Of a DNA stretch of 17,021 nt, positions 8,235 through 16,218 are shown piece by piece (the first letter of the stretch is position 1; each line of letters begins with the position of its first letter). The notes under the pieces were generated by a model. It was not told the DNA's origin, did no database searches, and saw only the letters and a list, made by a program, of their open reading frames with translations. Origin of the DNA: Planctomycetota bacterium (GTDB lineage: Bacteria > Planctomycetota > SZUA-567 > H5-PLA8); NCBI GenBank assembly GCA_045863855.1, contig BTVV01000133.1:1-17021 (forward strand). Reading direction: 5' to 3'. Both the position numbers and the translations under genes were made by a program.

Positions 8235-8264
8235 TGGAGAAAGAACATGAGAAAAACCGCATAA

Positions 8265-8299
8265 GCCGTGCAAGAAGATTTCGGTCTTCTTGCTACGGC
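8265..8299. other. Strong intergenic hairpin without a U-tract
   Basis: GCCGTGCAAGAAGAT-TTCG-GTCTTCTTGC-T-ACGGC: 15-bp stem with one G.U pair and one bulged T, 4-nt loop. Confidence 0.65.
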
Positions 8300-8328
8300 A
8301 AAGATGCTCGAAAAGGCAGGGAATCCTT

Positions 8329-9420
8329 ATGACGAACCGTGCCGCAGGCAAGGTGGCCATCCTCTGGCCCGGAACTCGGGAGGCGAGAAAAAGTGCGGAC
8401 CTGACCGCAAGCCGCTATCGCGGTGTCGCCGAGGCGCTCCAAGCGGTGGGCCTTGCGACCGAGCCAGCTGTTTACGCCGATGAATTCGCCGATGAGGTCC
8501 GCGATCAGTTGATGCGGGCCGACGGCGTGCTGGTGTGGGTCAATCCCATCGAGGCCGGACGCGACCGCTCGGTTTTGGACGCCATGCTCCGAGAGGTGGC
8601 CGCCGCCGGGGTCTTTGTCAGCGCTCACCCGGACGTGATCCTCAAGATGGGCACCAAGGAGGTCTTGTATCGCACCCGCGGAATCGGCTGGGGGAGCGAC
8701 GTTGATCTCTACACCACCTTGGAGGATCTGCGGGAAAGGCTCCCCGAGCGGCTTGTGCGCGGCGAGGTGCGCGTGCTGAAGCAGTATCGCGGCAACGGGG
8801 GGAACGGCGTCTGGAAGATCGAACACGCTGCCGACGACGATGCGGAAGGTGCAAAGGCTATCCCGGAGGACATGCCCGTACGCGTTCGCCACGCCCTGCG
8901 GGGCTGTGTCGAGGAGCGTGTGCGGCTCGGAGACTTCATCGCCCGTTGCGAAACGTACTTTCATGGAGCCGGACGCATGGTCGACCAGGCGTACCAAGAG
9001 TGTCTCGCGGAAGGCATGATCCGTTGCTACCTGGTCCACGACAGGGTCGAGGGCTTCGGATTCCAGGCGATCAACGCTCTTTGTCCCGCACCCACCGGTT
9101 CGCCGCCGGAGGACGCGCCGCCTCCAGGTCCGCGCCTGTATTACCCGGCGGACAAGCCGGAGTTTCAGGCGATCAAGCGGAAACTGGAGGACGAGTGGAT
9201 TCCGGCTCTCTTGCGCTTGCTCCAGATTGAAGCGAGGGCGCTGCCGGTGATCTGGGACGTGGATTTCCTGTACGGCCCCAAGGACGCTTCGGGCGTGGAT
9301 ACGTATGCGCTGTGCGAGATCAACGTCAGTTCGGTTTATCCGTTCCCCGACAGCGCTCTGCCCGCCTTGGCGCAGGCGACTCGGTCCGCCGTGCAGAACC
9401 ATCGAGCGAGGCACTCATGA
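8329..9420 (+). CDS. Cj0069-family (DUF6815) ATP-grasp-fold protein, about 363 aa
   Basis: KVAILWPG, DGVLVWVNPI, SAHPDVILKMGTKEVLYRTR..GWG, RVLKQYRGNGGNGVWK, EGMIRCYL, LPVIWDVDFLYG, Y.LCEINVSSV (ATP-grasp E-x-N). Confidence 0.85.
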   Translation: MTNRAAGKVAILWPGTREARKSADLTASRYRGVAEALQAVGLATEPAVYADEFADEVRDQLMRADGVLVWVNPIEAGRDRSVLDAMLREVAAAGVFVSAHPDVILKMGTKEVLYRTRGIGWGSDVDLYTTLEDLRERLPERLVRGEVRVLKQYRGNGGNGVWKIEHAADDDAEGAKAIPEDMPVRVRHALRGCVEERVRLGDFIARCETYFHGAGRMVDQAYQECLAEGMIRCYLVHDRVEGFGFQAINALCPAPTGSPPEDAPPPGPRLYYPADKPEFQAIKRKLEDEWIPALLRLLQIEARALPVIWDVDFLYGPKDASGVDTYALCEINVSSVYPFPDSALPALAQATRSAVQNHRARHS

Positions 9421-9722
9421 ACGGAACCCTTATGCGCATATCCCTTATCATCGGCGTCATCGCGTGCGCAGCCGTGATCTGGAGCATCTCGCGTTCGCGC
9501 TCGGTGGGCCCGACCAGTGACGGCAAGGCTCCCCCTGCGCCGCAGGACGCGCTCGTCTTCGACTTCGAGAAGGACGAACCGGGAGGCGTGCCTGTCGGAT
9601 TCACTTCGGCGCTGACCGGCGGCGGAGGCCCTGTCCGGTGGCAGGTGCAGCAGGCGGAAGGCGCTCCGTCCGGCGCGAGGGTCGTCGCGCAGCTCAGTGA
9701 CGATACGACCAACGCGCGTTAG
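9417..9722 (+). pseudogene. 3'-truncated membrane-anchored or exported DUF1080-like protein (101 aa remaining)
   Basis: ATGA-coupled to the upstream gene; N-terminal hydrophobic helix. FDFEKDEPGGVPVGF..TGGGGPVRWQV..APSGARVVAQ parallels WPFDDDTVGRLPEGW..T..GPVATWMV..SKPNVLA at about 7655-7790, then stops where the paralog continues for more than 130 aa. Confidence 0.75.
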
Positions 9723-9743
9723 TGGCGCCGCGTTCAGACATGC

Positions 9744-10568
9744 TTAGAGCAGCGCCTTCAGGTGCTTGATGCTGCGTTCGGCCTGATCCACCGTGCCGCA
9801 CTCGACGCTCAGCACGATCTCTCGCGGTGCCTTGCGGCAGATCGCGATCACGCGTTTCCAGTCAATGACGCCCTCGCCGCACGCGCAGCCTACGGGCGTG
9901 CCGGTCACCTTGCCGCGTTCGCTGGAAGACTGTTGGTCGGAGATGTCCTTCGCGTGGAGATGCACGAGCCGCCCGGCGACGCGTTCCAGCCAGGCGTACG
10001 GGTCGTGCCCGCAGAGGTAGCTGTTGCCCGTGTCGAAGTTGATCCCGATGGCCGGAGAATCCACGAGCTTATGGATGCGGTTGAGCCCGTCGGGGTGCTT
10101 GCTGTACTGCTGGTGCGGCTCCAGCCCGATCAAGACCTCGCGCGGCTCGGCGAGGTTCGCCGCTTCGCGCAACGCGTACTTCATCAGGGTGTGGTCTTCC
10201 TCGACGGTGGTCCAGGCGGGCTTGGGGCCTTCGTCGGTGTTGACCACGGGAGCGCCGGCTTCGGCCGCGAAGCGGATCGCCTGCTTGAGGTACTCGACGC
10301 TGATCTCCGGCTTGCACAACGGCGTGTGGGTCGAGAGGCCGCTGAGCTTCACGCCGGACTTCTCGCAGGCGCGCTTGAGGCGGTAGGGGTCGTCGAGCAT
10401 CGAGACGCTGTGGAAGTAGCCGGCCTCGCTGAGTAGCTCGCGCCCCCAGTGGACCATCGGCTCCACGTACGCGTAGCCCAGCCGCGCGGCTGTCTCCACG
10501 CCCCATTCGAAGTTTTGGTCCGCGTGCCGCACGAACTCCAGGTTGATCCCGATCGAGAGTTTGCCCAT
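9744..10568 (-). CDS. Sugar-phosphate isomerase/epimerase family (xylose isomerase-like / AP endonuclease 2 TIM barrel), about 274 aa
   Basis: Metal-ligand motifs IGLEPH, INFDTGN, HLHAKD, GEGVIDW, LSVEC; ATG 10568 with AGGAGG RBS. Confidence 0.92.
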   Translation of the reverse strand: MGKLSIGINLEFVRHADQNFEWGVETAARLGYAYVEPMVHWGRELLSEAGYFHSVSMLDDPYRLKRACEKSGVKLSGLSTHTPLCKPEISVEYLKQAIRFAAEAGAPVVNTDEGPKPAWTTVEEDHTLMKYALREAANLAEPREVLIGLEPHQQYSKHPDGLNRIHKLVDSPAIGINFDTGNSYLCGHDPYAWLERVAGRLVHLHAKDISDQQSSSERGKVTGTPVGCACGEGVIDWKRVIAICRKAPREIVLSVECGTVDQAERSIKHLKALL

Positions 10569-10599
10569 GGTCCGCCTCCTTGTAAAGGTGGAATTCGAT

Positions 10600-11661
10600 T
10601 CAGTTCTTCCGGCGCGCCAGCGCTTCCACCGGCCATTCGTTGAACGCCTGAAGCTCAGCAGAGAGCGGCAGGTCAATCCGGTCGCCCTTCACGGCCGAGA
10701 GATACACGGCGAGGTTCAGTTCCGAGCTCTTGAACATCGTCGGATGCCCGCAGCGCGTGGCGGGGCCTCCTTCGATCCACAGCAGCAGTTCGTCGAGCAT
10801 CTCGTGCCAGAGCGCGCTGTGGCGAGGATGCGCGCTGAAGTCCTCGACCGTGCGCCCGCTCCCGTTCTCGACGGTGACCACGGCTTCGTTCTTGACGCGG
10901 ATGACGCCGGCGGTGCCAAGCAAGGTGAGCGTCCAGCCGTCAATCTCCTGGCCGCCGTCGAGCAGGCCCTTGCTCCCGTTCTCGAACTCGAAGTAGGCGA
11001 CGGCGTGGTCCTCCATGGCGTGCCCGTAGCCGCGCGTCTCGCGCACCCGCGCCTGGCCGAAGACCCACTTCACCGGCTGATCGAGATGGAAGAAGCGGAA
11101 CATGTCGAGCCAGTGGCTGCCCCATTCGCTGAGGTCCCAGCCGCCGACGCCGGCGGTGCAGAGCAACGGCTTGCCCACGGTGCCGTCGTTGTAGATCTGC
11201 CGGGCGCGCTCGAACGCGGGCCGGTACCGGCGCTGGTGGCAGACTACGATCTTCACGCCCGTCTCTTCGGCGATCCGCTCGACGGCTTTCAGGTCGGCGG
11301 GGCTGTTCATGAAAGGCTTCTCGCACAGGATGCCCTTCACGCCGGCGCGCGCGGAGTCCTCGATCATGCGCCGGTGCAGGCCGACGTACGTGCCGATGCT
11401 GACCAGGTCGGGCTTCAGTTCGCTAAGCATCGTCTTGTGGTCGGAGAAGCCGTGCGGCACGCCGAACTTGTCCTGGAACGCCTTGAGGTTCTCGGCGTTG
11501 ATGTCCGCGCCGCCCGCAAGCTGCACGCGCGGATGAGCCTTATGCATGGTCGCGTGCTGATAGCCGATGGCGTGCCCGCCGCCCTTAGGCCCGCCCCCGC
11601 CGACCTTTCCTACCCCGATCACCACCGCCGTGTACGTCCGCGTAGTCGTCGCCGTGCTCAT
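10600..11661 (-). CDS. Gfo/Idh/MocA family NAD(P)-dependent oxidoreductase, 353 aa
   Basis: Rossmann VVIGVG, KPDLVSIGT...H, ILCEKP, HQRRY, EWGSHWLD, ED.AVAYFEFENG; AAGGAG RBS. Confidence 0.93.
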   Translation of the reverse strand: MSTATTTRTYTAVVIGVGKVGGGGPKGGGHAIGYQHATMHKAHPRVQLAGGADINAENLKAFQDKFGVPHGFSDHKTMLSELKPDLVSIGTYVGLHRRMIEDSARAGVKGILCEKPFMNSPADLKAVERIAEETGVKIVVCHQRRYRPAFERARQIYNDGTVGKPLLCTAGVGGWDLSEWGSHWLDMFRFFHLDQPVKWVFGQARVRETRGYGHAMEDHAVAYFEFENGSKGLLDGGQEIDGWTLTLLGTAGVIRVKNEAVVTVENGSGRTVEDFSAHPRHSALWHEMLDELLLWIEGGPATRCGHPTMFKSSELNLAVYLSAVKGDRIDLPLSAELQAFNEWPVEALARRKN

Positions 11662-11671
11662 GCGTGCTCCT

Positions 11672-12352
11672 TTAAGGTATGAGATCTAGCAGCCAGCGCA
11701 CTGCGTTGATCCAAAGCTGCCGCAACGCCGGCGCTTCGAACGCGCGCATGTCGTGCCCGTTGGCCAGGTACGCCGCGCGCCCCGCACCCGCGACGCGCCC
11801 ACCTTCGGCGGTGCTGACCATCGGAAGCGTGCGTTCCAGCCAATGCGCCTGCGCGTGCACCGAATGGTGCATGCCCTCCGTTACCTTCACCGAATGGTAC
11901 AGCTCGTCCACCAGCGCGAAATCGCTCACGCCGGCGACGATCGGGTGCGCGGTGAGCAGCACTTCGACTTTGTGCTCGGCCACCGGCGAATGGCCCGTCG
12001 TGCCCCAGACCCACGTCCAGCCCAGCAGCTCGCCGAACTGCGGCCAGTCGTCGTAGCTCGCCACCCCGCCGTGATGCGTCAGCAGCGGCTTGCCCGAAGC
12101 CACGTAGCGCTCGAACGCGCCGCGGTCGTCGGGCGTGAGCGGAAAGTACGCTTCCTGCTGGCCCGTCCATTGGAGGCCCATGATGACGAAGAGGTCGCAC
12201 GCGTCGAGCCGTTCGAAGGCCGACCGCCCGTCGGCCACCTCGCAGACGTACTCGCCGCCCAGCCATGCGGCGATGCACGCGGCTTGCTCGGCGACCGGAT
12301 GGAAGGCCGGCCCGCCGACATGGAAGAGGATTCGAGGCTTGGCGCGCGGCAT
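11672..12352 (-). CDS. ThuA domain protein (class I glutamine amidotransferase-like fold), 226 aa
   Basis: GG..FHP, FERYVASGKPLLTHH, HPIVAGVSDFALVDELY, G.GRAAYLANGHD, NAVRWL. Confidence 0.88.
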   Translation of the reverse strand: MPRAKPRILFHVGGPAFHPVAEQAACIAAWLGGEYVCEVADGRSAFERLDACDLFVIMGLQWTGQQEAYFPLTPDDRGAFERYVASGKPLLTHHGGVASYDDWPQFGELLGWTWVWGTTGHSPVAEHKVEVLLTAHPIVAGVSDFALVDELYHSVKVTEGMHHSVHAQAHWLERTLPMVSTAEGGRVAGAGRAAYLANGHDMRAFEAPALRQLWINAVRWLLDLIP

Positions 12353-12470
12353 ACAGAAGAGTCTCCCGTACTCGCCCTTGAAGGTACGCGATCACCGGGG
12401 CAGAATCTTCACGTAAGAGTCAGTGGTAAATTTCGAACATATACCGCAAGGTGCAGCAGGGAGGTCCGGC
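12353..12470. promoter_or_regulatory. Divergent promoter region between the ThuA operon and the AraC regulator
   Basis: 118-bp, relatively AT-rich spacer between head-to-head genes, with RBS-like GGGAGA (-) and GGAGG (+). Exact promoter elements not resolved. Confidence 0.55.
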
Positions 12471-13475
12471 ATGGCCCAAGCGCCCGCGATCTTCGTTTCG
12501 CCCGCCGGCACCTTTCGCGCGGACACGTGCGAGCCGCTCAAGGCCGCCGAAGCCGCCGGCGCGGTGCGCATCGAGGCCCTCGCCCGGGGCTGTTACCCCG
12601 GCCGGCCGATGCCCAAGCGCGTGCTCCCTGAAGTCTGCACGGTCGGTTACTGGGACGCGCCGCGCCAGCAGGCGTGGGGGCTCGACTGGCACCGCAACGA
12701 GGGCCTGGAGTTGACCTTCCTGGCACGCGGACGCGCGGACTTCGGCGTGGAAGAGCGCGCCTTTGCGCTCGCGCGCGGCGACCTGACCGTCACGCGCCCC
12801 TGGCAGCGGCACCGCGTGGGCAACCCGCACGTCGGCCCCAGTCGGCTCTATTGGCTCATCCTCGACTTGGGCATCCGCCGGCCCGACGACGCTTGGCGCT
12901 GGCCCCCTTGGCTGGTGATGGCGCCGGAGGACCGGGAGCGGCTCACCAAGCTCCTGCGGCACAACGAACAAGAGGTCTGGCGCGCGGATGCCGAGATCGC
13001 GCGCGCCTTCGAGCGCATCGGCGCGACAGTCGAGCGCTGGGGCGAAGCGGGGAGCGCCTCACGGCAGGCGTTGCACCTCAACGAGCTGTTCCTGGGCCTC
13101 TTGCAGCTTCTCGGGCGCAAGCGCGTACCTTTGGACGAGCGTCTGGTCAGCACGCAGCGGACCGTGGAGCTCTTTCTCGCCGCGCTGCCGAAGCACCTGG
13201 AGCACGCCTGGAATCTGGATGAGATGGCGGCACAGTGCGGGCTCGCGCGGACCCGCTTCACGTACTATTGCCGCGAGCTGACGAACACCTCCCCCTTGGA
13301 GCATCTCAATCACCTGCGCGTTCAGGCCGCCGCGGAACTCCTGCGCTCCGATCCGCGCCGCAGCGTGACGGAGATTGCTTTCGCCTGCGGCTTCCAGTCC
13401 AGCCAGTATTTCGCCACACTTTTCCGGCGCCTGAAAGGATGCTCCCCTCGCGCGTTCCGTGCGAAGACCTCTTGA
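12471..13475 (+). CDS. AraC family transcriptional regulator (N-terminal cupin-like sensor), about 334 aa
   Basis: WHRNEGLEL cupin motif; C-terminal double HTH LDEMAAQCGLARTRF..SVTEIAFACGFQSSQYFATLFRRLKGCSP; GGAGG RBS before ATG 12471. Confidence 0.94.
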   Translation: MAQAPAIFVSPAGTFRADTCEPLKAAEAAGAVRIEALARGCYPGRPMPKRVLPEVCTVGYWDAPRQQAWGLDWHRNEGLELTFLARGRADFGVEERAFALARGDLTVTRPWQRHRVGNPHVGPSRLYWLILDLGIRRPDDAWRWPPWLVMAPEDRERLTKLLRHNEQEVWRADAEIARAFERIGATVERWGEAGSASRQALHLNELFLGLLQLLGRKRVPLDERLVSTQRTVELFLAALPKHLEHAWNLDEMAAQCGLARTRFTYYCRELTNTSPLEHLNHLRVQAAAELLRSDPRRSVTEIAFACGFQSSQYFATLFRRLKGCSPRAFRAKTS

Positions 13476-13491
13476 ATCCCGGAGAAATTTA

Positions 13492-13514
13492 TGAAGGGCG
13501 GTTGAAAAGTGCGG
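13492..13514 (+). repeat. Left copy of a 23-bp imperfect inverted repeat (IS-end-like)
   Basis: TGAAGGGCGGTTGAAAAGTGCGG; 20/23 identical to the reverse complement of 16917-16939. Confidence 0.65.
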
Positions 13515-13640
13515 CGGGGGCTTGGTGGGCGCCGCCGCTGTCCAGAAGCGCTTCAGCACCGGCGAGGCGAATGAGAAGCAGGGCGTCAAAGACCACGAAA
13601 AACTGACCGATTGCGCTGGACCGGCTGACGGAATTGTTTT

Positions 13641-15482
13641 TCAAGAGCTGACGGGTGCTTGCGCGGCCCGTCCGGCGTGCCGGTACGCCGCCAGTACGTC
13701 GCTTCGAGTCACGATCCCTAGCAGTCGGGCCGGGTTCTCGCGCGAAACCACCGGCAGCCGGCCCACTCCATGGTTCAGCAGGTGATCCACCGCCTGCCTT
13801 ACGAGGCAATCGTGGTACACCACCACGGGCGGACGCCGAATCAGGGTTTCCAGCCGAGTCCGAGGATCGGCCTCGGAGGCCAGCACTTCGTACCGAGTCA
13901 GTACGCCCACCAGCGCGCCCTTCGCATTCAGCACCGGAAAACCCTGATGCGTCAGTCGGGCATCGGTCAATCGCTTGCGCGCCGCGGCCAGGGAGTCGTC
14001 CGCGTTCAAGGTTTCGAGCGACTTGCTGGCAATATCCAGCACCGTGATCTTTGCCAGAGGATCGGCCGCGTAACTCTCGGGAACTGGGACACCTCGCCGC
14101 GCGATTTTCTCGGTCATGATCGTATGTCGCATCAACATGCACGAGACTAGGTACGCCGCCGTGCATCCCGCCAGGAGTGGAAGCAGGCTGTGCGGCTCGT
14201 GGGTGATTTCGAACGCGAAGACGATGCATGCCAGCACGGCTCGACTGGCGCCTGCGAATAACGCCGCCATGCCCACCAGCGCCGCCGCGCGCGGATCGAC
14301 GCCCGCACCGGGCCAGAGTGCTGCGGCGCCTAACCCTAGACTCGCGCCCAGCCCGCCGCCAACTGTAAACAGCGGAGCCAAGGTTCCGCCGGATGTCCCG
14401 CTGCTCAGGGAAACTAGCCATGAAACGAATTTCAATCCGCAGAGAGTCAGGAGCGCCGGAAGCGTGAATCGCAGGGCCAGGATATCGGAAATGTTGTCGT
14501 ACCCGACGCCGAGCGTGCGCGGCGCGAGCAGCCCTACGCTTCCCACCACCACCGCGCCCAGCGCGGGCCACCACATCCAATGCAACGGCAACCGCTCGAA
14601 CAGATCCTCCAGACCGTAGACCGCCCGCGTGACGGCGACCGCAGCCAATCCCGCGCACGCGCCCACGCCGGTATACACGCACAGGGCCGCCAGCCCCGAG
14701 GCTTCCAAGGCCGGCATACCGAAGACCGGTTCCACGCCTTCCCAGTGCATGCGCAATCCCGCCGCGGTCACGCAAGCCAGCGCGACCGGGATCAGCGAAC
14801 GTGCGTGAAGCTCGAAAAGCAGCAATTCGACACTCAGCAGCACAGCCGCAAGTGGGCTGCCGAAGGTGGCGGCCATGCCGGCGGCCGCGCCCGCAGCCAA
14901 GAGCGTTTTTCGTTCTTCGGTACTGACCGTTAGCCGCTGCCCAAGCCAGGAGCCCAACGCGCCGCCGCTGGCTATGATCGGACCTTCGGCGCCGAACGGC
15001 CCCCCGGTGCCGATGGAAATCGCGGCGGAGATGGGTTTCAGAAAGGTCATGCGAGGAGGAATGCGGCTCTCGTTGGTCAGAATCTGTTCCATGGCTTCCG
15101 GGATGCCGTGACCGCGGATGGCTTTGGAGCCGTAGCGCGCCATCAGCCCCACCGCCACGGCGCCCATGATCGGGATAAGCAAAGCGAACGCCCCCAGCGT
15201 GTGACCCGCCGGTGAAACCGGAATCGCGGAGATGCTCCCGAAGTAACACACGTTCGTGATCAGCGCGATCAAGGCGGTTAATGCTTGGGCAAGGAGGGCC
15301 GCAGCTACGGCCAACAGCGTCGCCAGGGCCGCTACATAAACCGTGCGCCGGTCGAATCGCGGTTCGGGCGGCGGAATATGCGTGGCGGCCAGCGCGAAAG
15401 ACATGGAGGGAGCCACGGGCAGACTGCCGCCACGCAAGGCATACCGGGGCTCAGGCGGTGGGTCAGGCTCGGTTTCGGGCAT
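13641..15482 (-). CDS. ClC-family anion channel/transporter with C-terminal CBS pair, about 613 aa
   Basis: GHGIPE, GTGGPFGAEGPII, GAAAGMAATFGSPLAA, SGTSGGTLAPLF, multiple TM helices; CBS domains (HQGFPVLN..LVGVLT, GRLPVV..LLGIVTRSDVL). Start ATG 15482 overlaps the end of the MarR gene. Confidence 0.93.
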   Translation of the reverse strand: MPETEPDPPPEPRYALRGGSLPVAPSMSFALAATHIPPPEPRFDRRTVYVAALATLLAVAAALLAQALTALIALITNVCYFGSISAIPVSPAGHTLGAFALLIPIMGAVAVGLMARYGSKAIRGHGIPEAMEQILTNESRIPPRMTFLKPISAAISIGTGGPFGAEGPIIASGGALGSWLGQRLTVSTEERKTLLAAGAAAGMAATFGSPLAAVLLSVELLLFELHARSLIPVALACVTAAGLRMHWEGVEPVFGMPALEASGLAALCVYTGVGACAGLAAVAVTRAVYGLEDLFERLPLHWMWWPALGAVVVGSVGLLAPRTLGVGYDNISDILALRFTLPALLTLCGLKFVSWLVSLSSGTSGGTLAPLFTVGGGLGASLGLGAAALWPGAGVDPRAAALVGMAALFAGASRAVLACIVFAFEITHEPHSLLPLLAGCTAAYLVSCMLMRHTIMTEKIARRGVPVPESYAADPLAKITVLDIASKSLETLNADDSLAAARKRLTDARLTHQGFPVLNAKGALVGVLTRYEVLASEADPRTRLETLIRRPPVVVYHDCLVRQAVDHLLNHGVGRLPVVSRENPARLLGIVTRSDVLAAYRHAGRAAQAPVSS

Positions 15483-15975
15483 GGCGTTTGGAATTTCCTT
15501 TGGCCTGGGGTGGTTCGAAGAAAAGCTCGGGCCTTGCAGACGAGAGGCCCGTCTGCCGCACCACCCGGGTGAGTAACGCAGCCAGGCGCTTGCGTTGCCC
15601 GAGCGGGAGGGCATGAAGTGCGACGACCAGACGTTCCTGCGCAGCCTGAGGCGCGCGCTCCAGAAGCGCACGGCCTGTTGGGGTGAGCGCGGCCTCGACG
15701 GCGCGGCGGTCGTTATCCGAACGCCGCCGCGTGATCAGTTTGCGCCGAGCCAGACGCTGGGCGACGACCGAAACGGAGCTTTGATGCGTGTGCGTCCGAG
15801 CCGCCAGTTCATTGATCGTCAAGCGGCCGGCTTCGCCGAGTTTCTGAAGCACGAAAAGCTGCGCGGCGCTGAGGCCCACGCGCTTTTCGGCCTCACGGGC
15901 GGTGAGGCGCAGCGCTTGGACGATTCTTCGAATCGCGTCCAGGGACTGGCGCACGGAGGGATCGGCGGAAGGCAT
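15463..15975 (-). CDS. MarR family transcriptional regulator, about 170 aa
   Basis: GLSAAQLFVLQKL, LTINELAART.THQSSVSVVAQRL...LITR..S..DRR....LT..G; start ATG 15975. Confidence 0.92.
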   Translation of the reverse strand: MPSADPSVRQSLDAIRRIVQALRLTAREAEKRVGLSAAQLFVLQKLGEAGRLTINELAARTHTHQSSVSVVAQRLARRKLITRRRSDNDRRAVEAALTPTGRALLERAPQAAQERLVVALHALPLGQRKRLAALLTRVVRQTGLSSARPELFFEPPQAKGNSKRHARNRA

Positions 15976-15984
15976 GGCGCATTT

Positions 15985-16002
15985 CCATGGAGTCCCATAT
16001 AG
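15985..16002. promoter_or_regulatory. Candidate MarR operator
   Basis: Palindrome ATGG-AGTC-CCAT (15987-15998) 11 nt upstream of the MarR start, next to an AT-rich TATAGTTT tract. Confidence 0.35.
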
Positions 16003-16218
16003 TTTGACGCAAAAATGACCGCATGCAAGCGCAAGCGAGTACCGAGGAGAGCAATTTCTTTCCCGTACTCCAATCGTGCTTTCCAGTCCTTCCTTACCGA
16101 ATTGCCGCCGCAGTTCGCATTTCGCCGCTCTGGCTGAGTTCAGTAGTCCGCAACCCAGACCCCGCAAACCTCGCCGCATCGGCCGAACCGTCGCACCCAG
16201 CCCCTCCCACCACCAGCC

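Noticed and set aside
8221..8300. Hairpin as an integron attC site or intrinsic terminator
   Set aside because: No RYYYAAC/GTTRRRY core pair, no integron integrase in the window, and no U-tract on either strand.
7089..9414. 423-aa and 373-aa minus-strand ORFs
   Set aside because: Antisense to well-supported genes; expected in high-GC DNA.
10543..11682. 379-aa plus-strand ORF
   Set aside because: Antisense shadow of the Gfo/Idh/MocA gene.
13495..13651. Self-contained MITE between AraC and ClC (TTGAAAA ... TTTTCAA)
   Set aside because: Only about 7-9 bp of terminal symmetry and no clean target duplication; the left end pairs far better with 16917-16939.
13489..15249. 586-aa alternative-frame ORF over ClC
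   Set aside because: Arg/Gly-rich off-frame product of GC-biased codons.
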